A stretch of 64,000 bases of DNA from a virus (Duplodnaviria > Caudoviricetes): IMG/VR virus record IMGVR_UViG_3300044852_000015, positions 96,001 through 160,000 of that record; one strand, written 5' to 3'. Of this stretch, positions 1 through 9,084 are shown piece after piece (the stretch's first letter is position 1; each line of letters starts with the position of its first letter). The position numbers and the translations under genes are program-made. The notes beneath the pieces were generated by a model. The model had not been told where the DNA came from. It searched no databases and was given only the letters and a program-made list of their open reading frames with translations.

Positions 1-919
1 TTTTCGTACCGGTAATCAAACCGAGGACATTAAGCTGGGTCCACGACAATGCTTGACGGATAACCTTCTTCGGCATGTAGAACGTTTTACCGGCGTCTAC
101 GAACTTCAACCATGGGGTCGTATCGTTAACGAGCGTCCCGGTAGTGAAGCCCACCGCAGCGGCCAAAGCAGAACCACTAATGAAGTCGGCTGCCTGTACC
201 TCACCTTTAAATGGTGTGGCTGGTATGGTAGATTTCTTGATCAACATTGGCCGCCAACCGTACCAGTTTTGTGGCGTGTTAGCATCAATGTACCAGATGC
301 CTTTAATTTGGGCACCAGACTCTTGAGAAGCCGAGTCACTACCCCGTGTGAAGTGTGAGGCGGCACTGCCATCGGCACAGATGGTACCTACACCTAGTTC
401 ATTCGAGCCATCGACAGTTGCAACCCCCAACATTGGTCCTGTGTAGTCGGCCCAATGGAGAGCGTCTACTGGGAAACCAGCTCGGTCAGCCATGGTGTAA
501 ATGTTGTACATGTAACGGTTCCAGTCGCCGCCGGCGTTAGAAGGACCCACACCACCACTGGTAGCGTTCAATGCACCCGTCATCAACCGGATCACATAGA
601 CCACGCCACCAATGGTGATTTCTGCTGACCCAGTCAAACCGCGTGCGTTGAGCTGTTCCCAACTCACGTTGTAACGGATGGGTTTCTTGGCGATGTATAA
701 CTCCAACCCGTTGTCTTCGATGTAGTGCAACCAACCACAATCCCTGTTCATCAGAGTGCCCGCAGTTAGACCCACTGCTGTCGCTAGGGAATCTCCGTAA
801 ATGAAGTTCACAGAAGGAACCACACCTTTATAGGGAGTCCCAGTAGGAAAGGTTAGCCCTGAGTCATCTGCTGCTGCTGCGGTTTGTTGCAATCTCCCGC
901 CGTTTAAGATCTCTAACAT
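1..919 (-). CDS. Virion structural/tail-associated protein (phiKZ gp131-like family), runs off the window edge
   Basis: Not in the ORF track because no stop lies in the window. ATG at 919 with GAGGAG upstream; reads MLEILNGGRLQQ...GWLHYIEDNGLELYIAKKPIRYNVSWEQLN and, in the same frame near position 1, a second copy KKVIRQALSWTQLN. The middle of the frame was not fully translated. Confidence 0.65.
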   Translation of the reverse strand, partial: MLEILNGGRLQQTAAAADDSGLTFPTGTPYKGVVPSVNFIYGDSLATAVGLTAGTLMNRDCGWLHYIEDNGLELYIAKKPIRYNVSWEQLNARGLTGSAEITIGGVVYVIRLMTGALNATSGGVGPSNAGGDWNRYMYNIYTMADRAGFPVDALHWADYTGPMLGVATVDGSNELGVGTICADGSAASHFTRGSDSASQESGAQIKGIWYIDANTPQNWYGWRPMLIKKSTIPATPFKGEVQAADFISGSALAAAVGFTTGTLVNDTTPWLKFVDAGKTFYMPKKVIRQALSWTQLNVLGLITGTK

Positions 920-970
920 TTTGTCTCCTCCAATTGGGGGACCCCTACTGCAAAAAAAGAGAGCTGGAAC

Positions 971-1011
971 ACCACCACACAAGAGGGTAGTGACTCCCCT
1001 TGTGTGGTGGT
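971..1011. terminator. Long hairpin between the fibre gene and the downstream structural gene
   Basis: ACCACCACACAAG...CTTGTGTGGTGGT inverted repeat. Confidence 0.55.
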
Positions 1012-1017
1012 TATTCA

Positions 1018-4000
1018 TCAGACAGAGGCACCAACAGTACCGATCCACTTTGTACCGTCCCACAACAGGGTAACGATGGTAGTAGACGCACCCAATGTAG
1101 GGGTAGCACCACCGCTCCACGTAATGGTTGGCCAAGTGATTGTTGCAGCCCCTTGGATGACCAGAACCACAGTCATGGTCCGTGTTGCACCCGGCACCGT
1201 ACCCGCTTTGAACGAGATCGTGGTAGCCGTGGAGTTAGCCACAGACCACACGTTACCGATAGCCAGGTCGAGGACACCAGCCGCAGCAGCGTTCATCTTC
1301 AGGTCGTAGACGTCCAAGGACACCCAAGCACCGTTCTTACGCAGGTACTGTTTACCGTCTGACGCAGCATCTGCAAACCCAGGGACGATCGTAGCCCAAG
1401 CTGCACCCTTACGAGCGTAGTAGTTGGTATCGTTTGGGGCATCGGCCAGCGAAGCTGGGATGATAGCCCACGCCAAACCTTTACGACCGTAGGTGTTAGC
1501 GTCGTTAGGTGCGTCAGTCAGGTAAGCTGGTGCCGCAGTCCACGCACCGTTACGGCGAGTGTAGTACGTGCCGTCAGATGGAGCATCAGCTAGGCGGGTG
1601 TCGATGATCCAAGCATTACCCTTACGGACATACTGGTTAGCATCGTTAGGAGCTTCAGCGATACCTGCTGGTACAATAGCCCAAGCGCCACCTTTACGCA
1701 TGTAGCCGTTGGCGTCGTTTGGAGCATCTTGTAGAACAGCTACCCACGCCAAACCTTTACGACCGTACGCCGTAGTATCGTTCGGGGCATCTGCAAGTCC
1801 GGCTGGGATTACAACTTCCACCCAAGCCCCGTTCTTACGAATGTATTGCTTGCCATCACTTGGTGCTTCAGCCACAGGGACTGCTACCCAAGCGCCGTTC
1901 TTACGAGTGTAGAAGCCACCGTCAGATGGAGCGTCAGTCAGACCTGCACCAGGGATCACTACTTCCAGCCACGCACCGTTCTTACGGATATATTGCTTAC
2001 CGTCGAGGGGTGCTTCAATGACCGGAAGTTCGAACCAGGTACCGTTTTCACGACCGTACAACTTACTGTCTTTCGGAGCTTCCAGTACGTCGACTTTAAC
2101 CCACGCACCGTCTTTACGAGCGTAGTAGTTACCGTCAACCAGCGCTTCCAGTACAGTGATCTCTACCCACTGATCGTATTCACGGGCGTACAGTTTACCA
2201 TCGTTAGACGGACTGTAAACGTTACCACCGCCCATGTGACCGAGCGATACCCACAGAACGTCAGTAGACTTTCTGAAGTACTCCATGGAGGCAGTGTTCA
2301 GATAGTAGTCGCCACGACGACCATCAATCGGTCCCGGATCACGAGCCAGCGAGACCCACGCAGTACCCACGTCACCTTTGTCACCGGTGAAACCTCGAAG
2401 ACCCTGAATACCTTGGATGCCTTGATCACCTTTGTCACCCTTGTCGCCTTTGATAGGCCCCAAGTTCTCGTAGGCGGCACCCGTCCAGCCCCAGAAGTTC
2501 TGTCCGATCAGGTAACCTTGACCGAGAGTACCACTGCCGGGTAGATCAGCAGAACTAACGAGTTTCCCGACGATCGTGATACCAGGACCCATCGGACCGT
2601 CGTTACCCTGAGGACCGACGATGTTACCGAGGAATACCCAAGCAGTACCGTCGTAGGAGTAGACATCACCAGCACCCACGATGTAACCGTCGCCTTGAAC
2701 CATTCCAGTGACGGCGTTCAAGTCAGCGATCAGAGCGAGATGACCTTTAGGCTTGAAGTTCTGACCGGCAGGGCCCTGAGGACCAATGTCACCGATCAAG
2801 CTTTCCAAGAAGTCATTGATGGTGAGGATGGAAGGGTTAACAAACTGAGCCAGCTCCAGAGCCGACGCACCAGCAGGACCCGTCAGGTCACCGAGGTTAA
2901 TCCAACCCGTACCGTTGTACGACCACAGGTGACCTCTGACCATATAGGTCCAGCCGATTTGTGGGTTAACAACCGCATTCAACAACCCTGGATCAGTCAT
3001 GATACCTTTGGCGATCATGGCATTACCAGTGTCGCCTTTAGGACCACGAGGACCCTCTGGACCTGGAGGACCTTGAACTACCCCGAGGTCAATCCACTCA
3101 GCGCCATCCCAACCCCAGAAGTGACCAGCAATCAAATAACCGTCACCCAAGTTACCCAGTGCTGGTAGCTCACCAACCGTATCGAACTTACCTTTCAGGG
3201 ACAGACCGGCACCGAGGTCACCTTTAGGACCGATCGGACCTTCGTCGCCTTGATCCCCTTTCGGACCCACGTAAGTACCACAGTCAACCCACGCACCGCT
3301 AATCACAACGTAGAGGTTCTGACCAGCGATCCACGCGGAGAAGGCAGGTACAGTAGTCGCATCGGGAAGGTTTCCAACGGCAGCCACCTTACCAGCAATG
3401 ATCAGGCTTTGTCCTGGATCACCCTTAGGACCAACAACTGTATCCCCTTTGTCACCCTTAGGGCCAGCAATAGACAGCAACCACTGCTCGAGTGTTCCGA
3501 GGTATCCAGCCTGCAAAGCCAAGTCATAGTTCGACTTACCTTTGATACTGTCCAACCATTGGGCCAAGGTACCTACGAAGCCTTCTTCTTCAACCGCCAA
3601 CTGGTAGGCAGAGAGACCTTGAACAACACCGAGGTCTTCCCAGTCTACGCCGTTCCACAACCACAAGTGGCCTTGGATGTAGTAGCCGTCGCCACCAGCG
3701 TTACCGTCGGGTGGTAGTTCCGATGGATTTTCGAACTTACCCAGGACAGAGATTGCGTTAGCTGGAAGACCTTTAGGGCCGATCGGACCATCGTCACCTT
3801 TGTCGCCTTTAGGACCAACCAAGCTTGCGAGGTATTGATCCAAAGTACCAGAGAAGCCTGTGGTAATCGCCAGTTGGTAGTTGTTCAAACCCACCAGTGA
3901 GTTCAGCCACTGACCCAAGGTACCTTGGTAGCCACGGGAAACCGCTAGCTCGTAAGCAGACTTACCGCTAGGGCCCACTTGACCAACCTTGGCCCAACCC

Positions 4001-4482
4001 ACGGTATCCCACACGTACATCGCTTCGGCAATGATCCAGCAATCGCCAGAGAGGTTATCCCCGTTAGGCAACTCAGAGATGTCCGCCAGAGAACCCATGA
4101 TCCGCAGGCCGATCCCGTCGTGACCTTTCAGGGACTCAATCCACTCTTCGAACGTGCCGGGGAACCCACCTTGGATTACCGCAACGTCGTACGCTGAGTA
4201 ACCCTGGATACCACGGATCACACCAACGTTACGCCACTCGTCTTCCACCAAGGTGTGAAGGTCAGCCCCGATGATCCAAGAATCACCCGGCTTGGAGTCA
4301 CCAATGTTCGGTAGGTTGTCCGTGCTCTGCAAGGTACCCAAGATGCGAATCGAGGTGCCATCCTTACCCGAGGTGATGACATCAGACAGAAGAGCTTTCT
4401 TACTACCCCCGTCTTGAACAACTTCGATTAACTCAGCACCCGTCAACGGGCCTGCTGGGTCCATATTTGAAATTTTACCCAT
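1018..4482 (-). CDS. Tail/head fibre protein with collagen-like and tandem repeats
   Basis: GPKGDKGD/GPQG collagen triplets, repeated SAYxLAxxxGFxGTLxQWLxSLxG modules, and about ten (D/E)APxDGxxYxRKNGAW repeats in the C-terminal third. Confidence 0.85.
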   Translation of the reverse strand: MGKISNMDPAGPLTGAELIEVVQDGGSKKALLSDVITSGKDGTSIRILGTLQSTDNLPNIGDSKPGDSWIIGADLHTLVEDEWRNVGVIRGIQGYSAYDVAVIQGGFPGTFEEWIESLKGHDGIGLRIMGSLADISELPNGDNLSGDCWIIAEAMYVWDTVGWAKVGQVGPSGKSAYELAVSRGYQGTLGQWLNSLVGLNNYQLAITTGFSGTLDQYLASLVGPKGDKGDDGPIGPKGLPANAISVLGKFENPSELPPDGNAGGDGYYIQGHLWLWNGVDWEDLGVVQGLSAYQLAVEEEGFVGTLAQWLDSIKGKSNYDLALQAGYLGTLEQWLLSIAGPKGDKGDTVVGPKGDPGQSLIIAGKVAAVGNLPDATTVPAFSAWIAGQNLYVVISGAWVDCGTYVGPKGDQGDEGPIGPKGDLGAGLSLKGKFDTVGELPALGNLGDGYLIAGHFWGWDGAEWIDLGVVQGPPGPEGPRGPKGDTGNAMIAKGIMTDPGLLNAVVNPQIGWTYMVRGHLWSYNGTGWINLGDLTGPAGASALELAQFVNPSILTINDFLESLIGDIGPQGPAGQNFKPKGHLALIADLNAVTGMVQGDGYIVGAGDVYSYDGTAWVFLGNIVGPQGNDGPMGPGITIVGKLVSSADLPGSGTLGQGYLIGQNFWGWTGAAYENLGPIKGDKGDKGDQGIQGIQGLRGFTGDKGDVGTAWVSLARDPGPIDGRRGDYYLNTASMEYFRKSTDVLWVSLGHMGGGNVYSPSNDGKLYAREYDQWVEITVLEALVDGNYYARKDGAWVKVDVLEAPKDSKLYGRENGTWFELPVIEAPLDGKQYIRKNGAWLEVVIPGAGLTDAPSDGGFYTRKNGAWVAVPVAEAPSDGKQYIRKNGAWVEVVIPAGLADAPNDTTAYGRKGLAWVAVLQDAPNDANGYMRKGGAWAIVPAGIAEAPNDANQYVRKGNAWIIDTRLADAPSDGTYYTRRNGAWTAAPAYLTDAPNDANTYGRKGLAWAIIPASLADAPNDTNYYARKGAAWATIVPGFADAASDGKQYLRKNGAWVSLDVYDLKMNAAAAGVLDLAIGNVWSVANSTATTISFKAGTVPGATRTMTVVLVIQGAATITWPTITWSGGATPTLGASTTIVTLLWDGTKWIGTVGASV

Positions 4483-4514
4483 TGCAAAATACCTTTGTGA
4501 AATTGGGTTCCTGT

Positions 4515-5072
4515 TTAAGCCGCGTCCTCAAGACGAATCGTACCGTCCTCCTGCAACCTGACGCTACCGTCTTCTTCCAGCCGCTGATTCGACGCTATAA
4601 TGACAAGCGTGATCGGTAAAGAACCGGTATAAAGCAACGAGCTAGCTTTAGCCCTAAGCTGAATAGTTACTTCCGTAGTGTCCGGTGCTGGTGCTGGTAA
4701 TTCGGTGACATCGAACTCAACGTCACTGGCTACCAGATTTAACTGCTGAGCTACGTAGCTCAATGTTTGAGCCAAATCACCTGCTGACGGATAGGAGAAT
4801 CCTGTTCCCAATACGAGTAACGTATCACGGTGATAATGGACTTCGACTGACCCGGTAAGTTTCTGACCACCTTTGGCAGTTAATACCACCTTGGTGTTGA
4901 ACCACGGATCAGTGGGTGATACCGACACGACTGGTGCCGTGTAAGTCACCTGAGAAGCTAGGAGGGTTTTGTTAGGACTGGTTCCATTGATAGCCGCGAA
5001 AAAGTTCTCTTCGGCGGTTTTCACCGGATCAATCTGTAATCGGTTAGTCACTACGCCTGACATGACAATCAT
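4515..5072 (-). CDS. Putative virion structural protein (tail/fibre-associated paralog)
   Basis: Shares NTxVxxxxK...GxVxxxYxRxxL and LxAxxxSLxYxGSLxI motifs with 5348-5872 and 6035-6481. Confidence 0.6.
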   Translation of the reverse strand: MIVMSGVVTNRLQIDPVKTAEENFFAAINGTSPNKTLLASQVTYTAPVVSVSPTDPWFNTKVVLTAKGGQKLTGSVEVHYHRDTLLVLGTGFSYPSAGDLAQTLSYVAQQLNLVASDVEFDVTELPAPAPDTTEVTIQLRAKASSLLYTGSLPITLVIIASNQRLEEDGSVRLQEDGTIRLEDAA

Positions 5073-5127
5073 CCTCTAGATAGAGTACGGTCTCTGGATT
5101 AACGACCTCTTGGTCGGGGACACTCGA

Positions 5128-5277
5128 CATAAAGTCCGGGTCGCCCCGGACTCCCCACAGGCGGCACCTAAATTAATTAGGCTACCTTAAATGGGAGCCA
5201 TGTAAATCCATTCACAAGGGGCCATCGAACTGACAGCCGTAATCCGTGTATAAAGCCACGACATTCGTCGGTTCATA
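5128..5277 (-). ncRNA. Candidate structured small RNA (alternatively a leaderless 29-aa peptide gene)
   Basis: Lies between a cUUCGg terminator and its own GCGA-loop terminator; begins at TATG; several hairpins with G-U pairs on the minus strand. Confidence 0.35.
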
Positions 5278-5347
5278 CTAATACCGGATAAAAAAATACG
5301 TAGGCTACTAGGGCATAGAGGACCGAAGTCCCCCATTCACAGAGTGC

Positions 5348-5872
5348 TTATGGGTTGATAGTCAGGCCGACCAGTTCTGGGTTTACAACGAGCTGGCTGA
5401 GCTGAACCGAACTAGGTTCGATAATGATCGTCAGACTACCCCGATACGCCAAAGAGTTGGGTGAAGCTTTCAACTCTATCACTTCGTCATCCACAAAATC
5501 GGTGGGTAGCGGAACGGACAGATCAATGTCTACTAGCTCCAAAGCTGACTTGTAGTGCGCATTGAATCCAGCCAGTAAAGTCGCATGGGTAGGTGGGACT
5601 CCAACCACGATTCCTTGTGGATCAGCTAACGTTTCAAACTCCGTCAAATCAATACGGTCGTAGCTAATTTCGACTTCACCGATGAGTTGACTGTTGGGTT
5701 TGGGTGAAATGACGACTCTGGTATTTGCGGGGTGTTCTACTCCCGGTTGTTCTTCTGGTGTGAGAGCTGACGGCACGCTAAATTGGACGTCGTCAAGCGT
5801 CAAGTTCAACAAGTCTGTCTCGTTGATCAGAGCCAGAACCTGCTCTGCGGATTTCATTCCAATGTGATACAT
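5348..5872 (-). CDS. Putative virion structural protein (paralog)
   Basis: Same motif set (NTRVVISPK..GEVEISYDRIDL; LKASPNSLAYRGSLTI). Confidence 0.6.
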   Translation of the reverse strand: MYHIGMKSAEQVLALINETDLLNLTLDDVQFSVPSALTPEEQPGVEHPANTRVVISPKPNSQLIGEVEISYDRIDLTEFETLADPQGIVVGVPPTHATLLAGFNAHYKSALELVDIDLSVPLPTDFVDDEVIELKASPNSLAYRGSLTIIIEPSSVQLSQLVVNPELVGLTINP

Positions 5873-6034
5873 GACGTGTACGCCTACATGGATTGATTAA
5901 TGTTCGCCGAATTGTTCGACCCCCGTCAAAGCATAAGTCTTTTTGTACAGACAAACGTTATAGCGGAGCACTTATCCTTATAGACACCCCACACCTACGG
6001 GGTCCTAACTCTAGCCGTTTATAGGAGCCTCAAC

Positions 6035-6481
6035 GTGATTGTTGATCATACCTTAACCCCGCTACAAAACATCATCAACCTGATCAACGAAACCAACAGT
6101 ACGGCCTTCACTGCCGACGATTTCGTTCTTTCGGACCTGACGCAAACCGACCTTACCGGCGACATCACGGTAAAGAACTCCACCCTCGTTGTGACCTGTA
6201 CTCTGAACAACGAGTTCTACGGCAACCAGACTTTGACTTACCGTCGTCTCTATGTTCAAGAGATCGTCAAGTCGACTGACTACGTGTTGCAAACCGGCGA
6301 CACCTTGGACTCGATCCGTCTGATGATTGCCGATCGTTACAAGATGATCGCTGGTGAATTGGAGTGGGACAAACCAGAACTGGACGTTCCAGTTGACACA
6401 ACCTCTCCGTACACCCTGCGTGCCAAAGACGGCAGCATGTGCTACGTGGGTGAGCTGGTAATTACGTTCATCCAGAACTAA
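6035..6481 (+). CDS. Putative virion structural protein (paralog, opposite strand)
   Basis: LINETN, NSTLVV..GNQTLTYRRL, LRAKDGSMCYVGELVI; GGAG upstream of GTG start. Confidence 0.6.
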   Translation: MIVDHTLTPLQNIINLINETNSTAFTADDFVLSDLTQTDLTGDITVKNSTLVVTCTLNNEFYGNQTLTYRRLYVQEIVKSTDYVLQTGDTLDSIRLMIADRYKMIAGELEWDKPELDVPVDTTSPYTLRAKDGSMCYVGELVITFIQN

Positions 6482-6483
6482 GC

Positions 6484-6522
6484 GCATAAAGAGGCCAGCC
6501 TTTTGGGCTGGCCTCTATGCCG
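6484..6522. terminator. Bidirectional terminator with GCATA/TATGCC flanks
   Basis: GCATAAAGAGGCCAGCC-TTTTG-GGCTGGCCTCTATGCCG between convergent genes. Confidence 0.8.
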
Positions 6523-6526
6523 TCTG

Positions 6527-7165
6527 TTACATGAAACGTTCTTCCAACTCCTTGGCGATGGTCACCAAGTTATCGAACATCGGCAACGTACCATCCAGAA
6601 TCAGTGAGGTTTCTGGCATCGACTGGAACCGCTTCAGGAAGCCCTCACGGACGTCGTGATGGTAGTCAATACCTTTCTCCTCAATACGATCCTTACGGCG
6701 TTCCTCGTCGGTCTGACGCTTGAACGATTCGGTAGGACAGATGTCGAGGTAGATCACCAAGTCAGGACGGAACCCTTTCAAGGTCATCTCTTCCACAGCC
6801 AAGTAGTCTGCTTCAGAAACGTCCCCAGCGTAGTACTGCATTGCGTAAGACGAATCGACGAAACGATCCATCAGCACAATGTTACCCAGTTCCAGATTGG
6901 GGATGATAAAGTTGTGCACGTTCTGATGACGCAACGCCATGAAGGTAAACAACTCAGACAACGGGTGGTAGATCTCGTCTCGCTTCTTGAGCAACACTTG
7001 TCGCAGCTCAACACCGATTTCTGTACCGCCGGGTTCGTTCGAGTTAACAACCCCGTTGGATACGTTTTCTTCAAGCCAGCTTTTAACAGCACGCAACATC
7101 GACGACTTACCACTGAAGTCGATGCCTTCGAAGGCAATGAAGAACGGCTTAACTTTCGTCGTCAT
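6527..7165 (-). CDS. tmk: Thymidylate (dTMP) kinase
   Basis: FIAFEGIDFSGKSS P-loop, EPGGT, MDRFVDSSYAMQ, PDLVIYLDI; likely start MTTKVK at 7165. Confidence 0.95.
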   Translation of the reverse strand: MTTKVKPFFIAFEGIDFSGKSSMLRAVKSWLEENVSNGVVNSNEPGGTEIGVELRQVLLKKRDEIYHPLSELFTFMALRHQNVHNFIIPNLELGNIVLMDRFVDSSYAMQYYAGDVSEADYLAVEEMTLKGFRPDLVIYLDICPTESFKRQTDEERRKDRIEEKGIDYHHDVREGFLKRFQSMPETSLILDGTLPMFDNLVTIAKELEERFM

Positions 7166-8507
7166 GGTCGGTTTCCAGGAACATAGTGATGGATGAGTTG
7201 GAGATATACCTCCTCGCAGACATCCCTTCACCTTTTAAATGGATAAAGTCTTGCACTTGGGTAACAACACCAAACCGAATCTTCGTGGTGTTATCGTTTT
7301 CGTATAGGTACTGAACCGGCATCCCCGGATAGATCAGAGAACCTTTGGAATGTTCCCACACCGCTTGCACGACCTGTCCCTTACGAGACGAGATCTTCGA
7401 CAGCGCCGACATCAGGTTTCCAGAGACCCCTTGGGCGGCTTGGACTACATGGTTCAGTCCGTTCCCAGCAGCTTCAAACAACACTTCCGTAGTGTTCTTA
7501 CCGCGAGACAAAGTCGTGACGTTGTCTTTGGTTGAACCAAAGCTTTCGAAGATACTCTTAGCATCCGTAAACCGAATGCCGTTACCTTCGTCCACTTGAC
7601 GCGTCGCAGACGTATCAATCGACCGAGTACCACCTGTGGTGATAATGATCAACTGATTAGCTGTTTCACGGTAAGTCCGTTCGATACCCGGCATCCGGTT
7701 CTCAGGGATGTTGATCACCGTCAAACCTTTAGGCGAGTCCTCAAAACGTTGTGTGTTAAAGAGGGGCCATACATACCAAGAGCCTTGGTGTAGATAAAAA
7801 CCGATCTCACTGTTGTAGATGCCACCACACTTGTCTTGCAAGTAGTTGGGGAGCGCCATCAGTGGCGTGCCGTGAGGCACAACGATGTGAGCACGCCGTT
7901 CTGTGTTGTCAGCAGGGACGCAATCAATTACGTTAATTGCAACCCCACGTTCAGTCGGCATCTCTTTGGCTTCTTTGGTCAGGATCGTTCGCAACACGTC
8001 CATTGGGGTACAACCTTTAAACACCCCACCGGTGGCCACGGAGCGTAACCATTCTGAAGCAGCATCCACCAATTGGAACTGAATCTTAGCCACGCCACCC
8101 AAGTCGCCCAGCTCTACGGTATCGAGCAAAGGAGAACTGGATTCCTTGGCGTGACCACGAGGGTCCATCAGCACCGCTGTGTAGGTCATCGTTTCGACCG
8201 CACCGTCAGGGTTGACAGCGTCTTCCACTTCACCAATGAACTGGCGTTGGATGATGGCTTGGATTTTGGTTTTCCACGGGTAGACTTTCTTGGTCAACGT
8301 ACCCATACCGAAGACCACTTCCATGACCACCACGTCTGACACGTTAACCCCGAAGTCACGCACGATGTCAATCGAGAGCAACTTCAAAGGATCAACCTCA
8401 GAACCATCGGGCATCCTGAGTTTCACGCTGTAGTCATAATGAACGAGGTTCGCACCGCTCTGGGTGATCTTTGTCACCTCGTTCATTATAGTACTGGTTT
8501 CTAACAT
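7149..8507 (-). CDS. Virion structural protein, probable baseplate hub (phiKZ gp101-like)
   Basis: 452 aa; position at the end of a four-gene structural operon matching the phiKZ gp98-101 order. Confidence 0.5.
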   Translation of the reverse strand: MLETSTIMNEVTKITQSGANLVHYDYSVKLRMPDGSEVDPLKLLSIDIVRDFGVNVSDVVVMEVVFGMGTLTKKVYPWKTKIQAIIQRQFIGEVEDAVNPDGAVETMTYTAVLMDPRGHAKESSSPLLDTVELGDLGGVAKIQFQLVDAASEWLRSVATGGVFKGCTPMDVLRTILTKEAKEMPTERGVAINVIDCVPADNTERRAHIVVPHGTPLMALPNYLQDKCGGIYNSEIGFYLHQGSWYVWPLFNTQRFEDSPKGLTVINIPENRMPGIERTYRETANQLIIITTGGTRSIDTSATRQVDEGNGIRFTDAKSIFESFGSTKDNVTTLSRGKNTTEVLFEAAGNGLNHVVQAAQGVSGNLMSALSKISSRKGQVVQAVWEHSKGSLIYPGMPVQYLYENDNTTKIRFGVVTQVQDFIHLKGEGMSARRYISNSSITMFLETDHDDES

Positions 8508-9082
8508 TAGACAGTCCCTCCACGGCGGCTTACTTCACGAGCAATGACCTGAGCCATTGGACTGTGTTCTGTTGGGACTTCACTCGCAACTTGTTCGGGG
8601 GTGGTCAGATCGCGCTTAACCGTAGCCCGGCGACTGATACGATCCAGACTACGGAACAGACGAGAGCCACTGACCTGAGTCGTCATGTGTTGGCGTGCCA
8701 TTGGGTAGATCTCTTTGGCAAACTGATCCAGCAGCCTCAAGTCTTCCACTGGAACGTCGTCACGACGGTTAGGGTCTTTGGCCACCTCGTCGGTCCAGTC
8801 GTTGATGTGCTCCACAACCCACTGGTAAATCTGCTTCGACTCTTCAGGGTGTAACAGAGACAACGCAGCCCCGTCAGCCATGTGTTGAGCCATCTGAGCA
8901 ACTGTCAGGTTGGCTTTCACGGTGTTCTGAAAGGTCTGGGCATCAATGTCCGCATCACCCGAGGTGTACAGCCCAAACTTTTGAACGTACTCTTGGGAGT
9001 ACAGGTACATCGCAGGAATCATGCACTCCACATAGTAGTTAAAGATTTTGTAGGCGGCTGTGTGATGCGGCTGTTCCATCAT
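8507..9082 (-). CDS. Conserved Chimalliviridae protein (phiKZ gp100-like)
   Basis: 191 aa, translationally coupled to neighbours; synteny. Confidence 0.45.
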   Translation of the reverse strand: MMEQPHHTAAYKIFNYYVECMIPAMYLYSQEYVQKFGLYTSGDADIDAQTFQNTVKANLTVAQMAQHMADGAALSLLHPEESKQIYQWVVEHINDWTDEVAKDPNRRDDVPVEDLRLLDQFAKEIYPMARQHMTTQVSGSRLFRSLDRISRRATVKRDLTTPEQVASEVPTEHSPMAQVIAREVSRRGGTV

Positions 9083-9084
9083 GA

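Noticed and set aside
1320-2200. Regularly spaced DNA repeats resembling an array
   Set aside because: They encode the DAPxDG protein repeats of the fibre; degenerate at third positions, so not CRISPR and not a DGR (no reverse transcriptase seen in the window).
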